Notes under the pieces: generated by a model | The model's input: the letters and a program-made list of their open reading frames with translations, nothing else | Told to the model about the DNA's origin: nothing | Database searches by the model: none | Program-made: the position numbers and the translations under genes | Part shown: in pieces, positions 41,412-50,150 of the stretch | How positions within the stretch are numbered: position 1 is the stretch's first letter | Layout of the letters: each line of letters starts with the position of its first letter | Source of the DNA: Candidatus Binatia bacterium | GTDB taxonomy: Bacteria > Desulfobacterota > Binatia > UBA12015 | Direction: 5' to 3' | DNA: 64,000 nucleotides | Assembly: GCA_019749875.1 (NCBI GenBank) | Contig: JAIEPK010000479.1 | Coordinates: 7,184-71,183, forward strand

Positions 41412-42927
41412 CACGCAACCCCGGGTCCGGGCCTTGCTCGCTCCCCCGCATGGCGGGCAGCAGCCGCTCCCTTCGAAGGACGCAGAAGCGCGCCGTGATC
41501 TTCGGGGGGTCGTAATTGCGTTGAACGGCGCAGAGGTCTTCGCCTCCCCCGTAACGAACATCTCCGCCGACGAGAGCGAGCAGGTTCAGGTCTCGCGCCA
41601 GCTGGTAGCCGTCGAAGTGCGTCCACAGTCGCTCGCGCCCCCACCCTCGGGAGGGCGCGAGCCTGCAGTAGACATCGAACGGGATGCACGCGAGCGTGAA
41701 CTCGAAAGGATCCAGCCCGAGGCCTTCCACGATCCGCGCACCATGAACGCGCGTCGCGTCCTCGATCACGAGCCGCGGCAAGGCACGTCGCTGGCTGAGA
41801 CCGAGTTGGGTCAGGAGTGTCGTACGCGCGTCGGGGTCGTCCTCAGGAAAGGTCTCCACAAGAACGGTTTCCTCGTCGAAGCACGGCAGATACCGGCTTC
41901 CCGCCGACGTCATGAAAGGATGAAGCAGAAGCAGGTCGAGATTCTCCCGCAGCAGCGAGCTGACTCCGGGCGGTCCCGCATGCCCGCACGTCCGACAGGT
42001 GCCGACCCGTCGGCTGCCCTCGCTCAATGGTCGCTCCGGGAAGGTCGGACAATCGCCACAGGCACACGTCAAGTAAGCGAGAATCAGCGGTGCGGCTGCA
42101 ACCGTCTCGGGCGCAAGCCCGAGGTCGTGTCCAATGCGCACGACCGGCTCCGGCAGCGCGTTCGCCAGCTTCCGGCTGCCTGATTTCACCGGGTGGAGAC
42201 GGCCCAGCGAACCTGCCCGCGGCGTGCGGGCCAGCAATTGCGTCAGCCGGCGCACCTCGCCGAAATTCGACTCGTCGACCGCCTGGCTGAGTCTCGTCAC
42301 GAGTTCCTGAGGGTCGACCAGGAGCGATTCGTCGCCCGCTGTCACCCTGAGCCGGTCGAAATACTGCGCTCGCGCGATGTACAACGCTCTCCATTCGGCA
42401 TCACGGTCGGCGAGCACGCGCAAGCTTTCGCACAGGGTCGCGCGCTCCCGCTCCAACGCCACGCCCGGGTGGGAAGTGAGCCCGTTGAGGGCCAACGTGA
42501 CAGGACTCACGGCGAAATTGCGTGGGCCGTAGATCGAACCCGCCAGCTCCGCGATGGACCCGAGACGCGATACTCTTGCCAAGCTCGACTCTGCGGCTTC
42601 CGCCAAGGATTGCGCATCCTCCCACTTGGTTTTCTGAATCGCGTCTCGAAGCGCAGTCCGGAGCTCGGGCAACGCTGCGCGCTCACGCTCGAGACCTTCG
42701 AATTCCCTCCGAGAGAGGAGCGGTGCGAGGAACCTCTCCGCTCTGCACAGGTAGAGGTCGGCAAAGGCGGGATCGGCTTCGCCGAGCGCTCGAAGTGCAA
42801 CGATGACCTCTATGGACGAACTACTCGCTGGCGATTCCGGCCCGTCAGACCTCGCCACTCCGATCTTCATGATCACATCATCCAACGTTGAACGTGCCAG
42901 AAGCCTTCTTCTGTACCGCGATGCCAC
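41392..42927 (-). CDS. Hypothetical protein with CxxC...CxxC zinc-ribbon-like cluster, first gene of the cus operon
   Basis: 511 aa soluble protein with CACGDCPTFPERPLSEGSRRVGTCRTCGH. Overlaps the cusC start by 20 nt. GTG start at 42927; ATG alternative at 42870. No family recognised. Confidence 0.45.
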   Translation of the reverse strand: MASRYRRRLLARSTLDDVIMKIGVARSDGPESPASSSSIEVIVALRALGEADPAFADLYLCRAERFLAPLLSRREFEGLERERAALPELRTALRDAIQKTKWEDAQSLAEAAESSLARVSRLGSIAELAGSIYGPRNFAVSPVTLALNGLTSHPGVALERERATLCESLRVLADRDAEWRALYIARAQYFDRLRVTAGDESLLVDPQELVTRLSQAVDESNFGEVRRLTQLLARTPRAGSLGRLHPVKSGSRKLANALPEPVVRIGHDLGLAPETVAAAPLILAYLTCACGDCPTFPERPLSEGSRRVGTCRTCGHAGPPGVSSLLRENLDLLLLHPFMTSAGSRYLPCFDEETVLVETFPEDDPDARTTLLTQLGLSQRRALPRLVIEDATRVHGARIVEGLGLDPFEFTLACIPFDVYCRLAPSRGWGRERLWTHFDGYQLARDLNLLALVGGDVRYGGGEDLCAVQRNYDPPKITARFCVLRRERLLPAMRGSEQGPDPGLRDEAVQH

Positions 42928-43026
42928 ACTTCAGCAGCAAGAAGACGGCGTGCGGCTCTGGACGCCAGGCCGTGAGTACGGCAGACATCCCGACGGTCAC
43001 CGAACTTTCGAGAAAGGGTCAAGTCC

Positions 43027-43299
43027 TCACCGTGCCTTCAGGTACTCGAGCAACGCGCGCGCGTCCTCCGCTGGCAAGTTTGCGCGGACTCGCATGTGGA
43101 GCATGATCGTGTCCCATTCAGCGGGGGAACGTTCCGAAGCCGGCCTCGCATTGTGGCAGGCCCCACAGTAGGGCGACCAGAGACGAGCCCCGCGACGAAC
43201 GAGCGCTCTCCGCTCCGCCTCCTCCTCCGCTGCGAGCGCAGGTGGTCCGAATTTCCCGAGCACCAGTGCGGCGACGAGCAACAGGGTCCAGGGTCGCAT
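43027..43299 (-). CDS. Small monoheme cytochrome c (90 aa)
   Basis: Signal MRPWTLLLVAALVLG, CGACHN heme site, GGAGGG RBS ~12 nt upstream of the ATG at 43297-43299. The rest of ORF 43027-44280 is an Arg-rich shadow frame. Confidence 0.6.
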   Translation of the reverse strand: MRPWTLLLVAALVLGKFGPPALAAEEEAERRALVRRGARLWSPYCGACHNARPASERSPAEWDTIMLHMRVRANLPAEDARALLEYLKAR

Positions 43300-43319
43300 T
43301 CTTTGCACGGCTACCCTCC

Positions 43320-44621
43320 TCAGAAGCCCACCGCGATCTGCGTGCGAATCGCGTCGTCGTTCGGAGCGTCCTCCGGGAGATCCCGATCGTATTCGAGCTT
43401 CCACGCAACGGAGGGAGTGAACCAGTAGTCGAGACCGAGGGCGACTTGTCGCGGGTGGGGGACCAGCTCTTCGTCGGTGACCGCGCGCTGGTTCACGCCG
43501 GCGTAGCGCCCAACCAGCTCCAGCCGGTCGAGGTACGGCACGGCGATCCGCGCCAGCTTGTAGGCGGCTTGCACGTACCACCCCTCCCGGTCGTCTGCGC
43601 CGACGTCGCTGGGCATCTCTCGCTTCGTTCGAATGTACTCGGCACGAACCTCGAGCTCCGCGACCTGATAGGTCAGGTCGAGGCCCCACGACGTGAACCA
43701 GAAGTTCCCGCCGTCGTCCCACTTTCCGTCGAACGTCGAGGCCCCGAACATCACGCGGCCGATCGGGTTGTCCAACGGCAACGGGTAGAGGGCGAGACGC
43801 GCTCCGTAGCCCTTGCCACGGTTGTTGTCGATGTTGTTGGGATTCAGCAGTGCTCCCACTTCGTCGGAGTCGAAACGAGGCCCGTTGGCGATATAGGCAC
43901 TGTAGGCGAGATTGAGTCCTTCCCAGTCTCCGATGCGCGCACCTCCGCGGAGTTGGAATCCCGTGTTGCTGTAGGGCAGCAGCCCTCCCTCCTCGGGCTC
44001 GCGGAACGGAAGAGGAGCCGACACCATCTTGTTGATCCAAGCAGGATGCAGCTGCTCGATGAACTGTCCGAAGGGCACAAGAAATTTGCCCCCGACCGCC
44101 GTCACGTAATCGTTCAGAACGATGTCGGCCTGTGCGTACTCGAGGTTGACCTCGGTATCTCCGTCGTCCTTCAGCTCGAACTCGGGCTCGGCCTCGAACA
44201 GGATCCAGTCCGCCATCCGATAGAGAAAGATGGGAGCCAGCGTTGCCGTGAATGTGTTGCTGTTGGCATTGCGCTGCCATTCATAGGCCCCCGCACCCCA
44301 GCCGGTCAGTACGAAGCGGCCATCACCGAAGTAACGATCGAGGTAACGGCGTGGTGCTGACGCCGCCTGCTTCTCGACCTCCTGGGTTACCTTCGCTTCG
44401 AGCGCATCCTGCTTCTTCTCTTCTTGCACCTGGATGGTCTCGAGCTTGCGCTCGAGATCTTCCATCCGTTGCCGGTTGCGCTCGTTCTCTGCCCGAAGTC
44501 GCTGCATCTCCTCGCGCAGCTGGCGAACCTCGCTCGCGGAGTCGGCGGCGGCCCGCGGTACCCAGAGGAGCGTTGCGGTGGCGAGAAGCACCAGAGCGGC
44601 CAGAATTGCACGCACCCGCAT
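43320..44621 (-). CDS. Outer-membrane porin-like protein with N-terminal coiled-coil (phosphate-selective-porin O/P-like)
   Basis: Signal MRVRAILAALVLLATATLLW, coiled-coil LREEMQRLRAENERNRQRMEDLERKLE, then beta-rich Gly/Tyr/Asn-rich sequence ending in aromatic F. GGAGGG RBS. Confidence 0.65.
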   Translation of the reverse strand: MRVRAILAALVLLATATLLWVPRAAADSASEVRQLREEMQRLRAENERNRQRMEDLERKLETIQVQEEKKQDALEAKVTQEVEKQAASAPRRYLDRYFGDGRFVLTGWGAGAYEWQRNANSNTFTATLAPIFLYRMADWILFEAEPEFELKDDGDTEVNLEYAQADIVLNDYVTAVGGKFLVPFGQFIEQLHPAWINKMVSAPLPFREPEEGGLLPYSNTGFQLRGGARIGDWEGLNLAYSAYIANGPRFDSDEVGALLNPNNIDNNRGKGYGARLALYPLPLDNPIGRVMFGASTFDGKWDDGGNFWFTSWGLDLTYQVAELEVRAEYIRTKREMPSDVGADDREGWYVQAAYKLARIAVPYLDRLELVGRYAGVNQRAVTDEELVPHPRQVALGLDYWFTPSVAWKLEYDRDLPEDAPNDDAIRTQIAVGF

Positions 44622-44622
44622 G

Positions 44623-46341
44623 TCACCCTCCGTTCGTTTCCGATCCCGATCCGCTGCTCGACGGCTCCGAGACATCCCGCGATTGGGATGGCGTGGCTCG
44701 CTGCGCGGCGAGATAACGTGCGATATCTTCGATCTGCGCATGCGTGAGTGGCCCATCGGGTGCCAGGAAGCCGGGCATTTGCGAGTTACCGATGAGGCTC
44801 TTCGGGTCCTCGATGTAGCGATGGATGAACGAACGTGATCGCGCGTCTCCGATGCCGCTCAGGTCGGGGCCCTTGTCGCCGCCACGTCCGGCAATGCGAT
44901 GGCATTCCGAGCAGTAGCGACGGGTCATGCGAGGCGCCTGATCGCCGTAGGGGCCGCCGCCCCGGAGCTCGTCGACGTACGCGATCAAGGCATCGATCTC
45001 AGCGTCGCCAAGTCCCAGCGGCGGCATCAATGAGCCAGGAACGACGGCCTGTGGATTCCGGAAGTGAATCCGCATCCACGCACCGTCATGCGCTGGCATC
45101 GAGAGAGCCAGGTCGGGACCAACGAGACCACCTTGTCCGCGTACGCTGTGACAATGTGCGCAGTGGAGCTCGCGAGCGAGCCGCATGCCGTCATCGACAA
45201 GACGCGGGCGCGGGACGTAGGGACTGACCAGTGGCGACCGAGCGCCGGCAACCGTCAACCAGACGATCGCGACCGCCGTCAGGACGACAGCTGCGGTCGC
45301 GAGCGGTCGGTCGAGGGGATGGCGGCGCAGTCGGGAATCGAGAAGGGGAAGCGCAAGCAGAGCCAGGATCCCGAGGGACGGCAGCACGACCGCCGCGACC
45401 GATTCCAAGGATCCTGGAAAGTACTTGAGAAGCTGGAACAAGAACAGGAAGTACCACTCCGGGCGCGGGTTGAAGCTCGTCTCCGTCGGATCGGCGATGT
45501 CGCCGACTTCCGGCGGCGAGTGCCACGCCAGCAGCAGCAGGACCACGAAGACGACGAGGATGGCGATCGCGTCCTTGGCGAGACTGAACGGGTAGAACGG
45601 GTCGCCGGCCTCCTTGGCATCCTGGTAGCGTTCTCGAACCATCCGCCGGGCCGTCACGGGATCGTCGGGAAGCTGCTCCCCCCGGATGGGCGGCGCAGAG
45701 ATGCCCTGGCGAACGACCACAAACAGGTGGAACCCGACGAGCAGCAGCAGCACGGCCGGAAGCAGCAGCACGTGGAACGCGTAGAAGCGGGTCAGCGTCT
45801 GGGCACCGAGGTCGTCCCCGCCTCGCAGCACCTGGGCGATGGCGGGTCCCACGAACGGAGCTTGCTCTGCGATCTTCGTTCCGACCTGTGTCGCCCAGTA
45901 CGCCTTTTCGTTCCACGGCAGAAGGTAGCCCGTGAAACCGAGGCCCAGCACGACCAGCAGCAGCAGAACGCCCGAGATCCACGTCGCCTCACGCGGATAC
46001 TTGTACGCGCCCGTCAAGTATGTCCGCAGCATGTGAACGGACACCACGAGGACCATCGCACTGGCGCCCCACACGTGCAGCCCGCGCACCATCGCTCCCA
46101 TGGGCGCCTGCTCCATGATGAATCGCACGGAATCGAACGCGTGGTCCGGGGTTGGCGCATAGCTCATCGCGAGGAATGCGCCTGTCGCGGCCTGTACGAG
46201 GAACAGGAACAGACTGATGCTGCCGAGCGTATAGATCCAGCCCACTCCCCGCGGGATCTTGCGCGCGAACAGCGCCCGACCCACAGCTCGTGTTCCGATC
46301 CGCTCGTCGAACCAATCGGCGAGCGCGCGGCCCGTGAACAT
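44623..46341 (-). CDS. Cytochrome b (bc-complex type) fused to C-terminal diheme cytochrome c domain
   Basis: N-terminal cytochrome b core with multiple TM helices and conserved His. C-terminal CAHCH and CSECH heme-binding motifs. Confidence 0.8.
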   Translation of the reverse strand: MFTGRALADWFDERIGTRAVGRALFARKIPRGVGWIYTLGSISLFLFLVQAATGAFLAMSYAPTPDHAFDSVRFIMEQAPMGAMVRGLHVWGASAMVLVVSVHMLRTYLTGAYKYPREATWISGVLLLLVVLGLGFTGYLLPWNEKAYWATQVGTKIAEQAPFVGPAIAQVLRGGDDLGAQTLTRFYAFHVLLLPAVLLLLVGFHLFVVVRQGISAPPIRGEQLPDDPVTARRMVRERYQDAKEAGDPFYPFSLAKDAIAILVVFVVLLLLAWHSPPEVGDIADPTETSFNPRPEWYFLFLFQLLKYFPGSLESVAAVVLPSLGILALLALPLLDSRLRRHPLDRPLATAAVVLTAVAIVWLTVAGARSPLVSPYVPRPRLVDDGMRLARELHCAHCHSVRGQGGLVGPDLALSMPAHDGAWMRIHFRNPQAVVPGSLMPPLGLGDAEIDALIAYVDELRGGGPYGDQAPRMTRRYCSECHRIAGRGGDKGPDLSGIGDARSRSFIHRYIEDPKSLIGNSQMPGFLAPDGPLTHAQIEDIARYLAAQRATPSQSRDVSEPSSSGSGSETNGG

Positions 46342-46847
46342 CAGCTCCTCCGCTGCGCCAAGGGCACGACGAAGAGCTCGCCACCCTCGATCGTAGCCGG
46401 ATAGACGTCCAGCGGTCGCGGAGGAGGGCCTCCGATCACACGGCCGTCAATGTCGTACAACCCGTCGTGGCAGGGACAAAGAAAACGGTTCTCCTTCACC
46501 TGCCAATGATAGGCGCAGCCGAGATGTGTACAGCGCGGGTCGAAGACCAGAACATCGTCGGTGCTGCGCTTGACGACCCAGGCAGCGTGCCGACCTTCTT
46601 CGGTTACCCAGCCGTCACGCTGCCGCAGGACGAACTCGACCTTCTGAGGCTGGTTGGCTTGAAAGTCGCTCACGGCCCCGAGCCGTACGCGCAACGTCTC
46701 GCGCCGCCGGAGGAGCGGCCCGAGGAAATAGCCAACCAGCGGCGCCGCGAGGCCAAGACCAACCAGGGTGATGATCGACCAGAAGCAGCGCGCGAGCCAT
46801 TCTCGCCTGTCGACCGAGTCGCCCGCCCCCTGGATCACTTCGGACAT
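46341..46847 (-). CDS. Rieske 2Fe-2S protein
   Basis: CTHLGC and CPCHDG Rieske boxes with an N-terminal TM anchor. Confidence 0.85.
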   Translation of the reverse strand: MSEVIQGAGDSVDRREWLARCFWSIITLVGLGLAAPLVGYFLGPLLRRRETLRVRLGAVSDFQANQPQKVEFVLRQRDGWVTEEGRHAAWVVKRSTDDVLVFDPRCTHLGCAYHWQVKENRFLCPCHDGLYDIDGRVIGGPPPRPLDVYPATIEGGELFVVPLAQRRS

Positions 46848-47200
46848 AGACCACGAATGAATGCGAGCGTGTCGCGAATCTCGCTGTCGTCGAGCGCATC
46901 GGCGTATGGCGGCATATCCTTCGACAGCCCCCCCGCCGGGCCGCCGTCCTTGATCACGCGAAGTAGCTGCTCGTCGGTGAATGACGACATGCGCGCGCAG
47001 TCGGCAAGGTCCTTTGGCTTCGTTGCGAGCGTCGCGGCTTCTTTCCCATCGCCCTTACCTGCGGCGCCGTGGCACTTCGCGCACAGTTCGGCATACGTGG
47101 ATTTCCCGCGCGCGACATCTGGCTCGGCTGCGCGTGCCGTCAGCGCCGCCATGCCGATTCCCACCGCACACGCTGAAATCAAGAGAGCGTATCGCCTCAT
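46835..47200 (-). CDS. Periplasmic monoheme cytochrome c
   Basis: Signal peptide plus CAKCHG heme motif; distal Met likely in DMPPYA. Confidence 0.8.
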   Translation of the reverse strand: MRRYALLISACAVGIGMAALTARAAEPDVARGKSTYAELCAKCHGAAGKGDGKEAATLATKPKDLADCARMSSFTDEQLLRVIKDGGPAGGLSKDMPPYADALDDSEIRDTLAFIRGLCPK

Positions 47201-47351
47201 GTGGATCTCCCGAACTCGTGGCCGGAAAGCTCTCGCTTTGCCCCGGCAAGATCGTGTCGGCCAAAGCGGCGAGTGCGCTGCGACCGGGCGCGACTGTGAA
47301 GGCCGGACGACCTAGCGCCCCGCACCATCAGTCGCGCACCGGCCGGGCAGC

Positions 47352-47762
47352 TCACATGTCGCCGCTTGGCTTGCTGTCGCCTTGGCTGCCACCCTTCGCG
47401 CCGTCAGAGGGCTGGTGCATGTGGTCCATGTGACCTTGCATGTCATGCCCCATGCTTCCGGGAGTCGGCTTCGCGGCTGCTCCGTGAGTGTGCGCGCCGT
47501 GATCCGGCGCGGGGTTGGCCGCGGTGCCGCCGCTACCCATCCCATCCGCTCCCTTCTGGTCCTGCTTGCTGCCCATCCCGCCCGAACCCATCTCATCCAT
47601 GTCCGCGAGCAGGACGCCGGTCGTGCCAGCCGCAGGCTGAGCGGAGGTTGATCCCGGCAGCGCGCCGCCGACGGACGCCACAGAAGACGTGCCGCTCGCA
47701 ATGACGGCCCCAGCGCAAAGCAAGAACCCCCGGAACAAGAAACGTATTCCGAACCCTGTCAT
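47352..47762 (-). CDS. Secreted His/Met-rich low-complexity protein (putative periplasmic metal-binding protein)
   Basis: Signal MTGFGIRFLFRGFLLCAGAVIA. Repeats of GMGS, HxH and MxxM: MDEMGSGGMGSKQDQKGADGMGSGG...HGAHTHG...MGHDMQGHMDHMH. Confidence 0.5.
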   Translation of the reverse strand: MTGFGIRFLFRGFLLCAGAVIASGTSSVASVGGALPGSTSAQPAAGTTGVLLADMDEMGSGGMGSKQDQKGADGMGSGGTAANPAPDHGAHTHGAAAKPTPGSMGHDMQGHMDHMHQPSDGAKGGSQGDSKPSGDM

Positions 47763-47831
47763 GACACTCCCTTTCACCGCGCGATCGCGCAGTTATCCCT
47801 CGGTCGAAAAGACGCACGACCCTTCAACGCG

Positions 47832-48500
47832 TTACAGCTCTCGCCTATCGGGACAGGATGCCGACTGGGCTCTCCTGCAAGAACCCGCACTTTGGCACCT
47901 GCAAGGAGCACAGTTGTCGGCGGCGGATCCGCCGCACACGTCAACGAGACGGGACCGCAGACTGCCGCGCGCCCGATGCAGCCGCACACGAGCGTTCGTT
48001 GTCGAGATCCCCGCCTCCCGCGCTGCCTGGTCAATCGTCGACCCGTCGAGGTCTATCCGGCGAATGATCGCGGCGTAAGCGGGACTGAGCGTCAAGAATG
48101 CCCGACCAACACACCCGCATGACTCCGGGGTGGGGTCGGCTTCATGCCTCACCGCTTGAGCTTCATGCGCGAATCGTCCCAGTACCCGCTGATAGGCATC
48201 GCTGCGACGCCTGAAGTCGATCGAGGCGTTCTTCAGCACGCGGAGGAACCACCATGGAAACCGCTCCGGGGACCGCAGCTCGCCTGCCCGTACGAGTGCA
48301 CTCAGACATGCATTCTGCAGCACGTCCTCCGCTGCTTTTCGATCGCCCACCAGCCGCGTGGCCATCCCAAGCCAGCGGGCCTTGTCGTCGTAGACGGCAG
48401 TCAGTAGTGCTGCCGTCTCCTCCGAACGACGGATCGGGGCCGGTGCCGATGCCGGCCGACTTGACGTCGTCATCGTCTCTCGCCCCATCGCTCCGGACAA
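47832..48500 (-). CDS. ECF (sigma-70 family) sigma factor with C-terminal Cys-rich extension (CorE-like)
   Basis: Sigma region 2 (FPWWFLRVLKNASIDFRRR) and region 4 (IDLDGSTIDQAAREAGISTTNARVRLHRARGSLR). C-terminus DVCGGSAADNCAPCRCQSAGSCRRAQSASC has 8 Cys in 30 aa. The start may be one of several in-frame Met codons. Confidence 0.75.
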   Translation of the reverse strand: MSGAMGRETMTTSSRPASAPAPIRRSEETAALLTAVYDDKARWLGMATRLVGDRKAAEDVLQNACLSALVRAGELRSPERFPWWFLRVLKNASIDFRRRSDAYQRVLGRFAHEAQAVRHEADPTPESCGCVGRAFLTLSPAYAAIIRRIDLDGSTIDQAAREAGISTTNARVRLHRARGSLRSRLVDVCGGSAADNCAPCRCQSAGSCRRAQSASCPDRREL

Positions 48501-48635
48501 GTCCGGAAATATGCGCCTAGGGATCTCGCGGCTGCTGCTGCCCGTGTTGTTCGGGCAGGCGGCAATAGCCGCGGGCGAAGCGCTGCTCAGCCTCGCGACC
48601 GAGGAGCAGCGCGTTCCGCGCGACGGGTCAAGAGA

Positions 48636-49097
48636 TCAAATCAGAAGCGTTGCGAAACGGAGGTAACGCGGCGGGGCGTGGGCGGACGCAACCAGATCCG
48701 CGCGCCTGTCGAGATCGGCGACCCGATGCCACGACTCTCGGTCGTACACGGTCGCTACCACGATGCTCACAGGCGCAGTGGATGGGGGAGTCGAGTCGTG
48801 GGCAAATCTATCCTTGCCGGTGAGGTCGCAGCACGTGCGATGCTCCGAATGGGGCGTGGTTGCCGAGTCGTGCTGTTCTCCGTGATGCTGGTGACCAACG
48901 TGCACGTCTGCGCGCATAGCCTGGTGGGCGACGGACCGGGACGTACGCTGAGCTGCGTCCGTTATCGGACAGTTCGTGGCGGCATCCGCGAGACAACGCG
49001 TCGATGAGTACGGCAGGACGACAGACACGAACAGCGCGACGAGAACACGCAACCACTGCCTTGCTGGGCCCAGCAAGATTCGCCGCAAGAAAATCAT
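48636..49097 (-). CDS. Secreted hypothetical protein with HxxxxCC motif (paralog of 9088..9531)
   Basis: Signal MIFLRRILLGPARQWLRVLVALFVSVV. Motif HQHHGEQHDSATTPHSEHRTCCDL. C-terminal PRYLRFATLLI mirrors the paralog. Confidence 0.5.
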   Translation of the reverse strand: MIFLRRILLGPARQWLRVLVALFVSVVLPYSSTRCLADAATNCPITDAAQRTSRSVAHQAMRADVHVGHQHHGEQHDSATTPHSEHRTCCDLTGKDRFAHDSTPPSTAPVSIVVATVYDRESWHRVADLDRRADLVASAHAPPRYLRFATLLI

Positions 49098-49617
49098 CAG
49101 TTGTGCTACATCTACTCCGATGGAATCGAGAGATCAAGGCGTCGAGGAACGACCGCATCACCCAGACGCGCAGCTGTTGGTGCCGAGCGTCCGCCTGGTG
49201 GTGTTTACGGCAGGCGCCACGGCGGACAACCCCAAATCCGGTTTGGTGTCGCCCGAGGGGGCGGCCCTGCCCAGCGGAATGCGAAATATGCGAGTGACAG
49301 CGAAGTCGTCCCGGCACCAATGCCGGCCAAGCAGGTGGTTCGGAAGTCGGGGAAGTGATTTCGGCGAGACCGAGCGGTGACTGCCGCTGGCTCACCCGGT
49401 TGCAGCAAGGCGAGGAAGGCATTCCCAAGGTCGAGGCCGACTATCTCGAGATCATTCGCGCTACTCCGTAGCGGTCGCGCTCGCAGTTCGGCGTGTTCGA
49501 CGTGCTGATTGCGCTCTCCTCTTCGACGACGCCGTGGTCGTTGGCTCCGGCAGCGTGACGACCCTGGGGCTTCGGCCGTAGCAGCGTGCCCACCGTGAGG
49601 TAGCGCCGCACGACGGC

Positions 49618-50150
49618 TCACTCGTCAAGCTGCTCGGCCAGTACCGCTCCCACGAGACGGATGATCGCATCGCGGTTCGGGAAGATCCCGACGACGTCGG
49701 TCCGCCGCTTCGGCTGGCGGTTGAGCCGCTCCGCGGGTTGTTCGACCAGATCTGTCGCCGGTGCTCCTTCGGCAAGCTTGCGAAGCCCAGCAGATCCGCC
49801 TCTCCGTCGCGCAGCAGCTCGGCAGCCGTAGGCCAGCGCGCTTCGAGCTGCTCGACGACACGCGCGTGCTGAGCCCGTGTGAGCTCCGCATCCGGTTCGG
49901 CGAAGACCATCCGCACCAGCGTCGCGACGAGCCCCTGTGCGCTCTTCGTCAGCAGGTTGCGCATGAAGTGCGTCCGACAGCGCTGCCACGCAGCCCCAGG
50001 CAGCGTCGCCGCGATCGCATCTCGGAGCCCGGCGTGCGCGTCCGAGATCGCGAGCTGCACGCCGCGCAGTGCGTATTCCGGCCGAGTCGATCGCCAATTC
50101 CGGTCGAAGCCGATCAGCGATGGTGTCGACCGGGCAGTTCGTCCGAGGAC
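49618..50150 (-). pseudogene. IS256-family (Mutator-type) transposase, C-terminal fragment, frameshifted and truncated by the IS481 insertion
   Basis: Frame A gives [28 protein letters not shown]...IWSNNP. Frame C then gives [37 protein letters not shown]. Together these match the IS256 Tnp C-terminus. The upstream part is missing at the IS481 boundary. Confidence 0.6.

Noticed and set aside
43300-44280. Upstream 327 codons of ORF 43027-44280
   Set aside because: Only the last 90 aa (signal plus CGACHN) look like a protein. The rest overlaps the porin gene on the same strand in another frame and is Arg-rich.
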